Source: Ruminococcus sp. CAG:382
Lineage (GTDB): Bacteria > Bacillota > Clostridia > Lachnospirales > Lachnospiraceae
Direction: 5' to 3'
NCBI GenBank assembly: GCA_963654395.1
Contig: CAVKBP010000001.1
Span: 4,064-68,063 of the forward strand
Length of the DNA stretch: 64,000 bases
Shown one piece after another: positions 1-8,911 of the stretch. The notes under the pieces were generated by a model, which did not search any database, was not told where the DNA came from, and saw only the letters and a list, made by a program, of their open reading frames with translations. How positions within the stretch are numbered: the stretch's first letter is position 1; each line of letters opens with the position of its first letter. Both the position numbers and the translations under genes were made by a program.

Positions 1-1
1 T

Positions 2-181
2 GATGAGCATTGCAGGGAACGGATAATCCACATTTTTGACCTGATAATGCAGGATGATGAAAAGGGCAAGGAGCAGGACTGCAGCGGAATATACCATGAC
101 AGACAGCTTAATACGCCTAAGGTTGATTCGCAGGAGACATTATATGCGGAAAGCTATGCGGCAGCAGGCAGTGTGGAATAA
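2..181 (+). CDS. ppk1: 3' end of probable polyphosphate kinase 1 (partial, runs off window start)
   Basis: Frame 2 reads DEHCRERIIHIFDLIMQDDEKGKEQDCSGIYHDRQLNTPKVDSQETLY...stop TAA 179-181. It resembles the Ppk1 C-terminus (RI..IF.L...D..K....G.Y......SQE.L). Confidence 0.6.
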   Translation, partial: DEHCRERIIHIFDLIMQDDEKGKEQDCSGIYHDRQLNTPKVDSQETLYAESYAAAGSVE

Positions 182-214
182 GACTATGAATATAGAATAA
201 CAGGAGATGATCTG

Positions 215-1291
215 ATGAAAATAGGAATGCTTACAAGTGGAGGAGACTGCCAGTCTCTTAATGCGGCAATGAGAGGTGTTGCCAAGACCTTATACAACAA
301 TGCGGAGGATGTTGAAATATACGGATTCTATGACGGCTATAAGGGCATGATTACTAAGAATTATAAAGTTATGAATGACGAGGATTTCAGCGGAATTCTT
401 ACAGAGGGAGGTACAATTCTTGGAACCTCGAGGACACCATTTAAATATATCAACGAACCTGACGAGGAAGGACGCGACAAGGTTGCGTGCATGATTAAGA
501 CTTATAAGGATTTAAAGCTCGACTGCCTTGTTATGCTTGGTGGAAATGGTTCGCATAAGACTGCCGCCCTTTTGTCGCAGAAGGGTTTAAATGTGGTGAC
601 TCTTCCTAAGACTATTGACAATGATATAGCTGGGACAGAGATGAGCTTTGGATTCCAGTCAGCTATGGATATTGCGACAAGAACTATTGATGAAATCCAC
701 TCAACCGCTGCTTCTCACAGCAGAGTGTTTATTGTTGAGATTATGGGACATAAGACCGGATGGCTTACACTTCATTCAGGAATTGCAGGCGGTGCAGATA
801 TCATACTTATACCGGAGATACCATATAATGTTGATGAGATATTAAATACAATTAAGCAAAGAGAAAAGAAGGGCAAGAGGTTCACTATTATTGCCATGGC
901 AGAGGGTGCAATATCAGACGAGGATGCTAAGCTGTCCAAGAAGGAACTGAAGGAAAAGAAAAAGACATATGCATTTCCATCGGTTGCATATCAGTTAAGT
1001 GATGAGCTTCTCAAAGCTGCCGGCAAGGAGGTCAGGGTTACAATACCGGGACATGTGCAGCGTGGAGGAGTTCCGTGTGCATCGGACAGGGCGCTTGCAA
1101 CAAGAATAGGTGTTGAAGCTGCCGGACTCATTTTAAGAAAAGAATATGGCAATATGGTATGCATTAAGGATGGCAGATTTTCTAAGATACCGCTTACTGA
1201 GGTCGCTGGAAAAACTAAGATGGTTAATCTGGACAATGAACTTATAAGACAGGCAGAAAGCTTAGGCATTAGTCTTGGCAGAAAGGCGTAA
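215..1291 (+). CDS. pfkA: 6-phosphofructokinase
   Basis: LTSGGDC, GGTILGTSR, LGGNGS, PKTIDND, EIMGH and GHVQRGG motifs; RBS AGGAG. Confidence 0.95.
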   Translation: MKIGMLTSGGDCQSLNAAMRGVAKTLYNNAEDVEIYGFYDGYKGMITKNYKVMNDEDFSGILTEGGTILGTSRTPFKYINEPDEEGRDKVACMIKTYKDLKLDCLVMLGGNGSHKTAALLSQKGLNVVTLPKTIDNDIAGTEMSFGFQSAMDIATRTIDEIHSTAASHSRVFIVEIMGHKTGWLTLHSGIAGGADIILIPEIPYNVDEILNTIKQREKKGKRFTIIAMAEGAISDEDAKLSKKELKEKKKTYAFPSVAYQLSDELLKAAGKEVRVTIPGHVQRGGVPCASDRALATRIGVEAAGLILRKEYGNMVCIKDGRFSKIPLTEVAGKTKMVNLDNELIRQAESLGISLGRKA

Positions 1292-1642
1292 GTGGTATAT
1301 AATACAAGGCAAATGCTTCACGAAAGAAGGAGAAATGCTTTGAAGAAATCAGACAGAATAAAGATAATAATTCTTGGAATAACCGGATTGCTTATTCTTA
1401 TTGGAACAGGAATGTTTATATACATAGGACAGAATATATGTACTATGGCTGGCATAGGCCTCTTTGTTATTGTGTGTATTGGAATGGTTGTTATTGCCGG
1501 AAAGAAGGATGACCAGACAGAAACAATAGAGCAGCTTAACAGGCAGATAAGCGAACAGAGAAGACGGATAATGAATACTGAGGGGCAGCTCGCAAGATAT
1601 AAAAGAGAGCTTGCAGAGAAAACAGGCAAGAATGAAGCATAA
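1292..1642 (+). CDS. small two-TM membrane protein with C-terminal coiled coil
   Basis: Two hydrophobic stretches, then a charged helical tail. A TTG start at 1340 after AAGGAG is more likely. Confidence 0.65.
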   Translation: MVYNTRQMLHERRRNALKKSDRIKIIILGITGLLILIGTGMFIYIGQNICTMAGIGLFVIVCIGMVVIAGKKDDQTETIEQLNRQISEQRRRIMNTEGQLARYKRELAEKTGKNEA

Positions 1643-1675
1643 TTTTTATAATAATCTAATATTAAGGAGATAGTA

Positions 1676-2524
1676 ATGTTACTAGAGATTTTAAAGGCGG
1701 TTCTTTTCGGTATAGTCGAAGGAATTACAGAGTGGCTGCCGATCAGCAGTACCGGACACATGATTCTTTTGGATCAGGTAGTTAAACTCAATGTATCAGC
1801 AGATTTTTACAAAATGTTTCAGGTTGTAATACAGCTTGGTGCGATAATGGCGGTTGTCATATTATTCTGGAACAAATTGTGGCCTTTCTATATGAAAAAG
1901 ACTAAGGGTGGTAAGAAAGCAGCATGGAAAGCTGGCGCTCTGGAAATGTGGATTAAGATTATCATTGCATGTATACCGGCAGCGGTTGTCGGAGTGCTTT
2001 TTGATGATAAGATAGATGAATTATTCTATCATCCAATCCCTGTTGCAATTGCACTTATTGTAGTCGGTGTTGTATTTATAATTGTGGAGAATGCCAAGAA
2101 AGGCAGTAAGCCGGCAATCAGAAGCATTGGAGAGATAACATATAAGGCGGCAATAATAATTGGTATGTTCCAGCTTATTGCAGCAGTATTTCCTGGTACC
2201 TCAAGGTCAGGCGCGACAATTATAGGCGCACTCATTATCGGGGTGTCAAGAAGCGTTGCGGCTGAGTTTACATTTTTCCTTGCAGTACCGGTAATGTTCG
2301 GCGCCAGTCTTTTAAAGATTGTCAAATATGTCCACGCCGGAATAGCAATGACAGGAACTGAATGGGTAGTCCTTATCGTAGGATGCCTTGTAGCATTCTT
2401 CGTATCAGTCTTTGTCATTAAGTTCCTTATGGGATATATTAAGAAGCATGATTTCAAGGTATTCGGTGTGTACAGAATAATTCTTGGTATACTAGTTATT
2501 GCGTTAAGCTTTGTGCTGTTTTAG
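1676..2524 (+). CDS. uppP: undecaprenyl-diphosphate phosphatase
   Basis: GIVEGITEWLPISSTGH and PGTSRSGATI BacA motifs. Confidence 0.95.
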   Translation: MLLEILKAVLFGIVEGITEWLPISSTGHMILLDQVVKLNVSADFYKMFQVVIQLGAIMAVVILFWNKLWPFYMKKTKGGKKAAWKAGALEMWIKIIIACIPAAVVGVLFDDKIDELFYHPIPVAIALIVVGVVFIIVENAKKGSKPAIRSIGEITYKAAIIIGMFQLIAAVFPGTSRSGATIIGALIIGVSRSVAAEFTFFLAVPVMFGASLLKIVKYVHAGIAMTGTEWVVLIVGCLVAFFVSVFVIKFLMGYIKKHDFKVFGVYRIILGILVIALSFVLF

Positions 2525-2539
2525 AAAACACTCGCTGTA

Positions 2540-3220
2540 CTAATACACCTCAAGATATGAATTATATACATATCCGCTTTTACCATTATAGTTAATCAGG
2601 GTGTAATAAGCGCCCACAGATATTATAGAACCGGTGGTTCCTCCTGGCACGGCTGCTATGGGGTGATCACCGTTTTTATTATTATGCATGTTGACATAAT
2701 AAGCACCTGTCACACGATAGCTTTTAAGTGAAGATGTATTAGTCCGGCGTCCATTAGCAAATGTGTACGAAGGAGTAGGAGCTACAGTCTGTACAGGCTG
2801 GGTATCTTCAGTCACAGCCGGGATATTTTCCGGTTCAGAACTTTCACAGGCTGTTTCGGAAGCGGAAACTGTCAGTTCTGTATCTGCTGCCTGAGCCAGT
2901 GTTGCAGCTATTGATTCGTTCGTTGTAGCCGCTGACTCCTGTGTTGAAGTTGATGATTCCTTTGTTGCAGCCGTTGATTCTTTTGCGGCAGTCTGCACAG
3001 AAGCAGTTTCTTTAATTGTTGTGGCAGGTGTAGTCTGGGATACAGTTTCAGTGCTTATGTCTTTAACAACAGCCTGGGTTTCAGAATTGCTGACAGTGTG
3101 GGATTTTTTCTCAAGACCACCACCGGAAAAACCGATATGTTCAAATAAGACAACTCCGGCTATAATTATTACAAGGTATGAACCTAAGAATATTTTGATA
3201 ATAAGATTTTTGTTTTTCAT
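2540..3220 (-). CDS. membrane-anchored protein with Thr/Ser/Ala-rich stalk and C-terminal SH3b-like domain
   Basis: N-terminal TM helix, low-complexity linker, C-terminal YRVT..YVNMH...YTLINYNGKSGYVYNSYL. Start 3220 chosen from the GAGG RBS (the ORF extends to 3238). Confidence 0.7.
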   Translation of the reverse strand: MKNKNLIIKIFLGSYLVIIIAGVVLFEHIGFSGGGLEKKSHTVSNSETQAVVKDISTETVSQTTPATTIKETASVQTAAKESTAATKESSTSTQESAATTNESIAATLAQAADTELTVSASETACESSEPENIPAVTEDTQPVQTVAPTPSYTFANGRRTNTSSLKSYRVTGAYYVNMHNNKNGDHPIAAVPGGTTGSIISVGAYYTLINYNGKSGYVYNSYLEVY

Positions 3221-3311
3221 TGTGACTAAAGACCTCATATTTTCTATAATGAGATAATTCTAGTTCTTTTTACGGATAAGGTCAATAACAATCAGGTACA
3301 ATCCGGAGGCA

Positions 3312-3337
3312 GTGTGAAAATTCAAATGTTTTCGCAC
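3312..3337. repeat. short palindromic repeat, family C
   Basis: GTGTGAAAA-TTCAAATG-TTTTCGCAC; related copies at 14417, 14476 and 48203. Confidence 0.7.
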
Positions 3338-3355
3338 ACAGGAATGGAGGCAGGC

Positions 3356-4057
3356 ATGAATATAATAGGACATATTTCAACAGATTTCCCAACAAAATTC
3401 GGAATTCCGAGGCAGAGTGGATTGATAGATGAATTAAAGGGTGTTATAACATTTGAACCGGAATACAGACAGCCAGAGGCTTTCAGGGGACTGGAGGAGT
3501 TTTCACATATATGGATTCTATGGCAGTTTTCTAAGTCACACAGGAAAAATGTGGCGGCGACGGTAACTCCTCCGAGACTTGGTGGAAAGATACGCATGGG
3601 AGTATTTGCAACAAGGTCGCCATTCAGGCCAAATGATATAGGACTTTCATGTGTTAAGTTAGAACGCATAGAATATACGCAGGATAGAGGACCGGTGCTG
3701 TTCGTATCGGGTGTGGACATGGTTGATGGCACGCCGGTGTACGATATCAAGCCATATATAAAATTTACGGATTCCCACCCGGAAGCCAGAGAGGGCTTTA
3801 CAGCGTATACTTATAACAAGAAACTTAAGGTTATATTTCCGGCAGACCTGCTGGCACAGATGCCAGAAAATAAGCAGGCAGCGGCAGTGAAAATTCTGGA
3901 ACAGGATCCAAGACCTGCATATGATACAGATGAGACAAGGGCTTATGGCGTAACATTTGCAGGCTTCGATATAAGATTCAGGGTTAAGGAAGATGTGCTT
4001 GCTGTCTTTGAGGTGGTGGATATAAGTCAGGCTGATGATTACAGGAAAGTAAAGTAA
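3356..4057 (+). CDS. tsaA: tRNA m6t6A37 methyltransferase TrmO/TsaA
   Basis: KFGIPRQSG, GLEEFSHIW, TPPRLGG, GVFATRSPFRPN, DGTPVYDIKPY. Confidence 0.93.
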   Translation: MNIIGHISTDFPTKFGIPRQSGLIDELKGVITFEPEYRQPEAFRGLEEFSHIWILWQFSKSHRKNVAATVTPPRLGGKIRMGVFATRSPFRPNDIGLSCVKLERIEYTQDRGPVLFVSGVDMVDGTPVYDIKPYIKFTDSHPEAREGFTAYTYNKKLKVIFPADLLAQMPENKQAAAVKILEQDPRPAYDTDETRAYGVTFAGFDIRFRVKEDVLAVFEVVDISQADDYRKVK

Positions 4058-4155
4058 GACGGCGGCAAATGCACTTGATAATCATGCGGAAATGTGTTTT
4101 ACTTATATGGACTAGGTAAACAATTAATATTGCAATCAAATCAAGGAGGAGCTAT

Positions 4156-4707
4156 ATGAGAGTTGGAATGGGATATGATGTTCATAAACTGGTTAAAGAC
4201 CGCAAGCTTATCATGGGCGGAGTTGAGATACCATATGAATCAGGTCTGCTAGGACACTCTGATGCAGATGTGCTTCTTCATGCCATTATGGATGCATTAC
4301 TGGGTGCGGCTGCACTTGGAGATATAGGAAAGCATTTTCCGGATACGGATGACAGATACAAGGGAATATCAAGTGTTAAGCTGTTAGAAGAGGTCGGAAA
4401 GAAGCTGGATGAGGCTAATTATATCATTGAGAATATAGACGCAACTATTATCGCACAAAGACCGAAGATGCGCCCATATATTGATGATATGAGAAAGAAT
4501 ATCGCAGATGCTTTAAGAATTGATGTTGACAGGGTTAATGTCAAGGCTACCACAGAAGAGGGACTTGGCTTTACAGGAAGTGGAGAGGGTATTTCTTCAC
4601 AGGCGATATGCGCGCTTAATACAGTATCTAATTATATATATGGTGCTGCCGATATGACGAACTGTAGACCTGACTGCGGTGGATGCATAGGCTGTCAGAA
4701 CAGATAG
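4156..4707 (+). CDS. ispF: 2-C-methyl-D-erythritol 2,4-cyclodiphosphate synthase with Cys-rich C-terminal extension
   Basis: [44 protein letters not shown]. Confidence 0.95.
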   Translation: MRVGMGYDVHKLVKDRKLIMGGVEIPYESGLLGHSDADVLLHAIMDALLGAAALGDIGKHFPDTDDRYKGISSVKLLEEVGKKLDEANYIIENIDATIIAQRPKMRPYIDDMRKNIADALRIDVDRVNVKATTEEGLGFTGSGEGISSQAICALNTVSNYIYGAADMTNCRPDCGGCIGCQNR

Positions 4708-4733
4708 TAATTCGTGTCATATTATATATTAAA

Positions 4734-4789
4734 ATAACTATTCAGAGCCTGCATCCAAATGCTTCACATTTGCAGGGCTGGACAGTTAC
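4734..4789. mobile_element. short degenerate family A MITE-like element
   Basis: ATAACTATTCAGAGCC...GGGCTGGACAGTTAC ends resemble the elements at 35331 and 37201; ATATTAA lies on both flanks. Confidence 0.55.
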
Positions 4790-4824
4790 CATATTAAGAA
4801 TAGAAAAGTCAGGTTTAACAGATT

Positions 4825-5487
4825 ATGAAATATAGAGATTATGTAAAGCAGGAAATAGCGGTAATAAAGGACAGGGATCCTGCTATCAAGTCAGATAAAG
4901 AGGTATATCTTTATCCAAGCTTTAAGGCAATACTAAAATACAGAAAAGCCCACAAGCTGTACCTTAAGGGTGAATATTACAGGGCAAGAAAGATATCACA
5001 GAAGACTGCGAGACAGACCGGAATTGAGATACATCCAGGTGCGCAGATTGGCGAGGGGCTTTTTATTGACCATGGTCATGGTGTTGTTATCGGGGAGACA
5101 GCCATTATTGGCAACAACGTAACACTTTATCAGGGGGTTACACTTGGAGGAACAGGCAAGGAGCATGGAAAGAGGCATCCTACTCTTGGAGATAATATTA
5201 TGGTTGGAGCAGGAGCTAAGATTCTTGGTTCGGTTACTATAGGGGATAACTGCAAGATTGGTGCAGGTTCAGTTGTATTAAAGGATGTGCCGGCTAATTC
5301 CACAGTTGTCGGTGTTCCGGGAAGAGTTGTTATCCAGGACAGTGTAAGGCTTTATGATGAATTAGACCAGATACATCTTCCAGATCCTGTCATGCAGGAT
5401 ATAGAGAATCTGAAGCAGGAAAATGCAAGACTTAAAAAGAGACTTGCGCGCCTTGAAAATAGCGTGAATGAAAGCCGCAATACATGA
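4825..5487 (+). CDS. cysE: serine O-acetyltransferase
   Basis: TGIEIHPGA, FIDHG, GVTLGGTGKE, KRHPT and hexapeptide repeats. Confidence 0.95.
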   Translation: MKYRDYVKQEIAVIKDRDPAIKSDKEVYLYPSFKAILKYRKAHKLYLKGEYYRARKISQKTARQTGIEIHPGAQIGEGLFIDHGHGVVIGETAIIGNNVTLYQGVTLGGTGKEHGKRHPTLGDNIMVGAGAKILGSVTIGDNCKIGAGSVVLKDVPANSTVVGVPGRVVIQDSVRLYDELDQIHLPDPVMQDIENLKQENARLKKRLARLENSVNESRNT

Positions 5488-5507
5488 TTTATGAAAGGAA
5501 ATCTGAT

Positions 5508-6926
5508 ATGAGGATTTATAATACTTTATCCAGAAGAAAAGAAGAATTTAAGCCGTTAGAAGAAGGAAAGGTTAAAATGTATGTCTGCGGACCTACTGTA
5601 TATAACCTTATCCATATTGGTAACGCAAGACCTATGATTGTATTTGACACTGTAAGAAGATATCTTGAGTACAAGGGTTATAATGTTAATTATGTGTCTA
5701 ATTTTACAGATGTAGATGACAAGATTATTAAGAAAGCCAATGAAGAGGGCGTATCTGCTGAAGAGATTTCTACAAGATATATCGCTGAATGCAAGAAGGA
5801 TATGGAGGGCATGAATATTAAGCCTGCAACTACACATCCACTTGCAACCCAGGAAATTGGCGGAATGATTGATATGATACAGACTCTTATTGACAAGGGC
5901 TATGCCTATGAGGTCAATGGAACTGTATATTACAGGACAAGAAAATTTGCAGAATACGGAAAGCTGTCTAAGAAGAATATTGATGATTTAGAGGCAGGAC
6001 ACAGAGACGAGGCACACAGCCTTAAGGTTACAGGCGAGGACGAGAAGGAGGATCCGCTTGATTTCGTTCTCTGGAAGCCTAAGAAAGAGGGAGAGCCTTC
6101 ATGGCCATCACCTTGGAGTGATGGAAGACCGGGCTGGCATATTGAATGCTCTGTTATGTCCAAGAAGTATCTTGCTGATGAAATCGATATCCATGCAGGT
6201 GGAGAGGATTTAATATTCCCTCACCATGAAAATGAGATTGCACAGTCAGAGGCAGCAAATGGAGTGCCATTTTCTAAGTACTGGATGCACAATGCATTTC
6301 TTAATATTGACAATAAGAAAATGTCTAAGTCTTTAGGTAATTTCTTTACAGTAAGGGATATAAGCAAGGAATATGACCTTGAGGTATTAAGATTCTTCAT
6401 GTTAAGCGCACATTACCGCAATCCTGTTAATTTCAGCCATGACCTTATGGAATCTGCTAAGAACGGATTGGATAGAATTCTGACTGCTGTTGATAATTTA
6501 AGACATTTATCAGAGAGCGCCAAGGATATTCCGATGACAGATGACGAGAAGAATATAATAGCGTCTATAGATGATATTTATAAGAAATTTGAAGCGTCAA
6601 TGGATGATGATTTTAATACAGCAGATGCTATATCAGCAATATTTGAGCTTGTAAAGCTCGCTAACTCTAATTCAGGCTCAGACAATTCTAAGGAGTACAT
6701 TGATACTCTTATGAAGAAGATTACAACGCTTACAGATATTCTCGGACTTAAGACTGACAAGAAGGAAGATATTCTTGATGAGGATATCGAGGCTCTTATT
6801 GCGGAGAGGCAGCAGGCAAGAAAGGATAAGAATTTTGCAAGAGCTGATGAAATCAGGGATGAGCTTTTAGCAAAGGGTATTGTCCTTAAGGATACAAGAG
6901 AGGGCGTAAGATGGAGCAGAGCCTAG
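5508..6926 (+). CDS. cysS: cysteine--tRNA ligase
   Basis: MYVCGPTVY, HIGN, GRPGWHIECS, KMSKS. Confidence 0.97.
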   Translation: MRIYNTLSRRKEEFKPLEEGKVKMYVCGPTVYNLIHIGNARPMIVFDTVRRYLEYKGYNVNYVSNFTDVDDKIIKKANEEGVSAEEISTRYIAECKKDMEGMNIKPATTHPLATQEIGGMIDMIQTLIDKGYAYEVNGTVYYRTRKFAEYGKLSKKNIDDLEAGHRDEAHSLKVTGEDEKEDPLDFVLWKPKKEGEPSWPSPWSDGRPGWHIECSVMSKKYLADEIDIHAGGEDLIFPHHENEIAQSEAANGVPFSKYWMHNAFLNIDNKKMSKSLGNFFTVRDISKEYDLEVLRFFMLSAHYRNPVNFSHDLMESAKNGLDRILTAVDNLRHLSESAKDIPMTDDEKNIIASIDDIYKKFEASMDDDFNTADAISAIFELVKLANSNSGSDNSKEYIDTLMKKITTLTDILGLKTDKKEDILDEDIEALIAERQQARKDKNFARADEIRDELLAKGIVLKDTREGVRWSRA

Positions 6927-7354
6927 ATAACGACCTTGTAAAATGTATATATAAAGGTCTTGATATGAAGCATACAGAGCCTTCACAGCTATCACCACTT
7001 GTGCTCGCTTATATCGGAGACAGCATATATGACCTTGTTATTAAGACATGGGTTATAGAACAGGGAAATATGCAGGTCAATAAGCTTAATAAGAAAACCA
7101 GCAGCATTGTAAAGGCACAGTCACAGTCTGCAATGATTGGTGCTATTGAACCTTTGCTTAGTGAGCATGAGGAGGCTGTGTATAAGAGAGGGCGCAATGC
7201 AAAGTCTTATACATCTGCCAAGAATGCAAGCATCGGGGATTACAGAAGAGCGACAGGCTTTGAGGCGCTTATGGGATATCTGTATCTTGACGGGCAGTAT
7301 GAGCGGATGATAGAGCTTGTCAAAGCAGGACTGGAAAGTCTTGAGGCAGAGTAG
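6911..7354 (+). CDS. mrnC: mini-ribonuclease III
   Basis: LAYIGDSIY, KRGRNAK, YRRATGFEALMGYLY; canonical cysS-mrnC-rlmB-sigH order. Confidence 0.92.
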   Translation: MEQSLDNDLVKCIYKGLDMKHTEPSQLSPLVLAYIGDSIYDLVIKTWVIEQGNMQVNKLNKKTSSIVKAQSQSAMIGAIEPLLSEHEEAVYKRGRNAKSYTSAKNASIGDYRRATGFEALMGYLYLDGQYERMIELVKAGLESLEAE

Positions 7355-7401
7355 AACTGCAGGGCAGAAGCCATGTCTGTGCCTGCGGAATGGAGAATTA
7401 T

Positions 7402-8142
7402 ATGAGATACAATGAATTAACATTTCAGGGGAGGAATGCTGTATTAGAGGCATTCCGTTCCGGTAAAACTATTGATAAGCTTTTTATTCTTGATGGCTGT
7501 CAGGACGGACCGGTAAAGAGTATTGTCAGGGAAGCAAAGAAAACAGATGCAATTATCAATTATGTTGATAAGGAAAGGCTTGACAGGCTTGCAGGAACAG
7601 GACATCATCAGGGTGTTGTGGCAATCGGTGCAGCCTATGAATATGCAGAGGTTGATGACATACTTGCAGCGGCTAAGGAAAAGGGAGAAGATCCATTTAT
7701 ATTCATACTTGATGAGATTGAAGACCCGCACAACCTTGGGGCTATTATAAGAACTGCCAATCTCGCAGGAGCACATGGTGTCATTATTCCTAAGAGAAGA
7801 GCTGTCGGACTTACAGCAACAGTAGCCAAGACATCAGCAGGCGCAATTAATTACACGCCTGTAGCCAAGGTTACTAACATTTCACAGACAATCGAGGAGC
7901 TTAAGAAGCAGGGACTCTGGTTCGTATGTGCCGATATGGGTGGCGAGACAATGTATAATCTTAATCTTAAAGGACCTATCGGACTAGTTATAGGCAATGA
8001 GGGAAGCGGCGTGAGCCGTCTTGTTAAGAATAAATGTGATTTCATAGCTTCAATTCCTATGAAGGGTGACATTGATTCCTTAAATGCCTCTGTTGCAGCA
8101 GGTGTTCTTGCATATGAAATAGTCCGTCAGAGATATAATTAG
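7402..8142 (+). CDS. rlmB: 23S rRNA Gm2251 methyltransferase (SpoU family)
   Basis: HQGVVA, DPHNLGAIIRTA, GNEGSG, SLNASVAAG. Confidence 0.93.
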   Translation: MRYNELTFQGRNAVLEAFRSGKTIDKLFILDGCQDGPVKSIVREAKKTDAIINYVDKERLDRLAGTGHHQGVVAIGAAYEYAEVDDILAAAKEKGEDPFIFILDEIEDPHNLGAIIRTANLAGAHGVIIPKRRAVGLTATVAKTSAGAINYTPVAKVTNISQTIEELKKQGLWFVCADMGGETMYNLNLKGPIGLVIGNEGSGVSRLVKNKCDFIASIPMKGDIDSLNASVAAGVLAYEIVRQRYN

Positions 8143-8160
8143 GAAAGGCATAGCTGTTTT

Positions 8161-8772
8161 ATGAAACATTTGGAAGATTATCCTGATGAAGAGCTTATAG
8201 ATATGTACCGCGCCGGCAATGAGCCGGCAATTGAGTGCATATTTGAGAGATATAAGTATATAGTGCGCAAGAAAGCCAAGGCCATGTTCCTTGCCGGAGG
8301 AGACAGTGATGACCTTATCCAGGAGGGAATGATAGGCCTTTATAAGGCTGTCCGCGACTATGATAAACAAAGGGATGCGTCTTTCATGACATTTGCAGGA
8401 ATGTGCATAAACAGGCAGATTCTCAATGCGGTTACGGCTTCTAACAGAAAGAAGAATACGCCGCTTAATACCTATGTGTCCTTTGATGAGCCGGTTAATC
8501 CGGAGGATAACGCCCAGGTAAAGCTGGTTGATGTGTTAAAGCCTGATACGGAGCAGAATCCGGAGAGGCTTTTCATAGACCAGGAAAATGCTGACAGCTT
8601 AGAGGATAAGCTGTACAGTGTGTTAAGTGATTTTGAGAAAAATGTGCTGGAATTATATATGTCTGGAAAGGATTATATTGTCATCGCTAAGACACTTGGC
8701 AAATCACCAAAATCTATAGATAATGCCTTGCAAAGAATAAGGAATAAAGTTGACAAAATAACTAACCTATAA
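8161..8772 (+). CDS. sigH: RNA polymerase sigma factor SigH
   Basis: DLIQEGMIGLYKA, NRKKNTPLNTYVS, KSIDNALQRIR; synteny. Confidence 0.9.
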   Translation: MKHLEDYPDEELIDMYRAGNEPAIECIFERYKYIVRKKAKAMFLAGGDSDDLIQEGMIGLYKAVRDYDKQRDASFMTFAGMCINRQILNAVTASNRKKNTPLNTYVSFDEPVNPEDNAQVKLVDVLKPDTEQNPERLFIDQENADSLEDKLYSVLSDFEKNVLELYMSGKDYIVIAKTLGKSPKSIDNALQRIRNKVDKITNL

Positions 8773-8778
8773 TATTAT
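8750..8778 (+). promoter_or_regulatory. sigma-A promoter for tRNA-Thr/purA
   Basis: TTGACA(8750-55)-17 nt-TATTAT(8773-78), 21 nt upstream of the tRNA. Confidence 0.7.
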
Positions 8779-8799
8779 TAACAGGTGTGCTGGACACAT

Positions 8800-8871
8800 G
8801 CTATTGTAGCTCAGGGGTAGAGCACTTCATTGGTAATGAAGAGGTCACGGGTTCAATTCCCGTCAATAGCT
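8800..8871 (+). tRNA. tRNA-Thr(GGT)
   Basis: Acceptor GCTATTG/CAATAGC, D arm GCTC/GAGC, anticodon arm CTTCA-TTGGTAA-TGAAG, T loop GGTTCAATTCC; CCA not encoded. Confidence 0.97.
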
Positions 8872-8911
8872 TAATTTTATTGTTTTGCTTAAAAACAGAT
8901 TGGAGGACGCT

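Noticed and set aside
4708..4824. T-box before cysE-cysS
   Set aside because: Region too short, with no T-box consensus (AAnnnAGGTGGnACC).
8800..8911. Integrative element at tRNA-Thr
   Set aside because: No integrase, and no duplicated tRNA 3' end noticed; purA follows directly.
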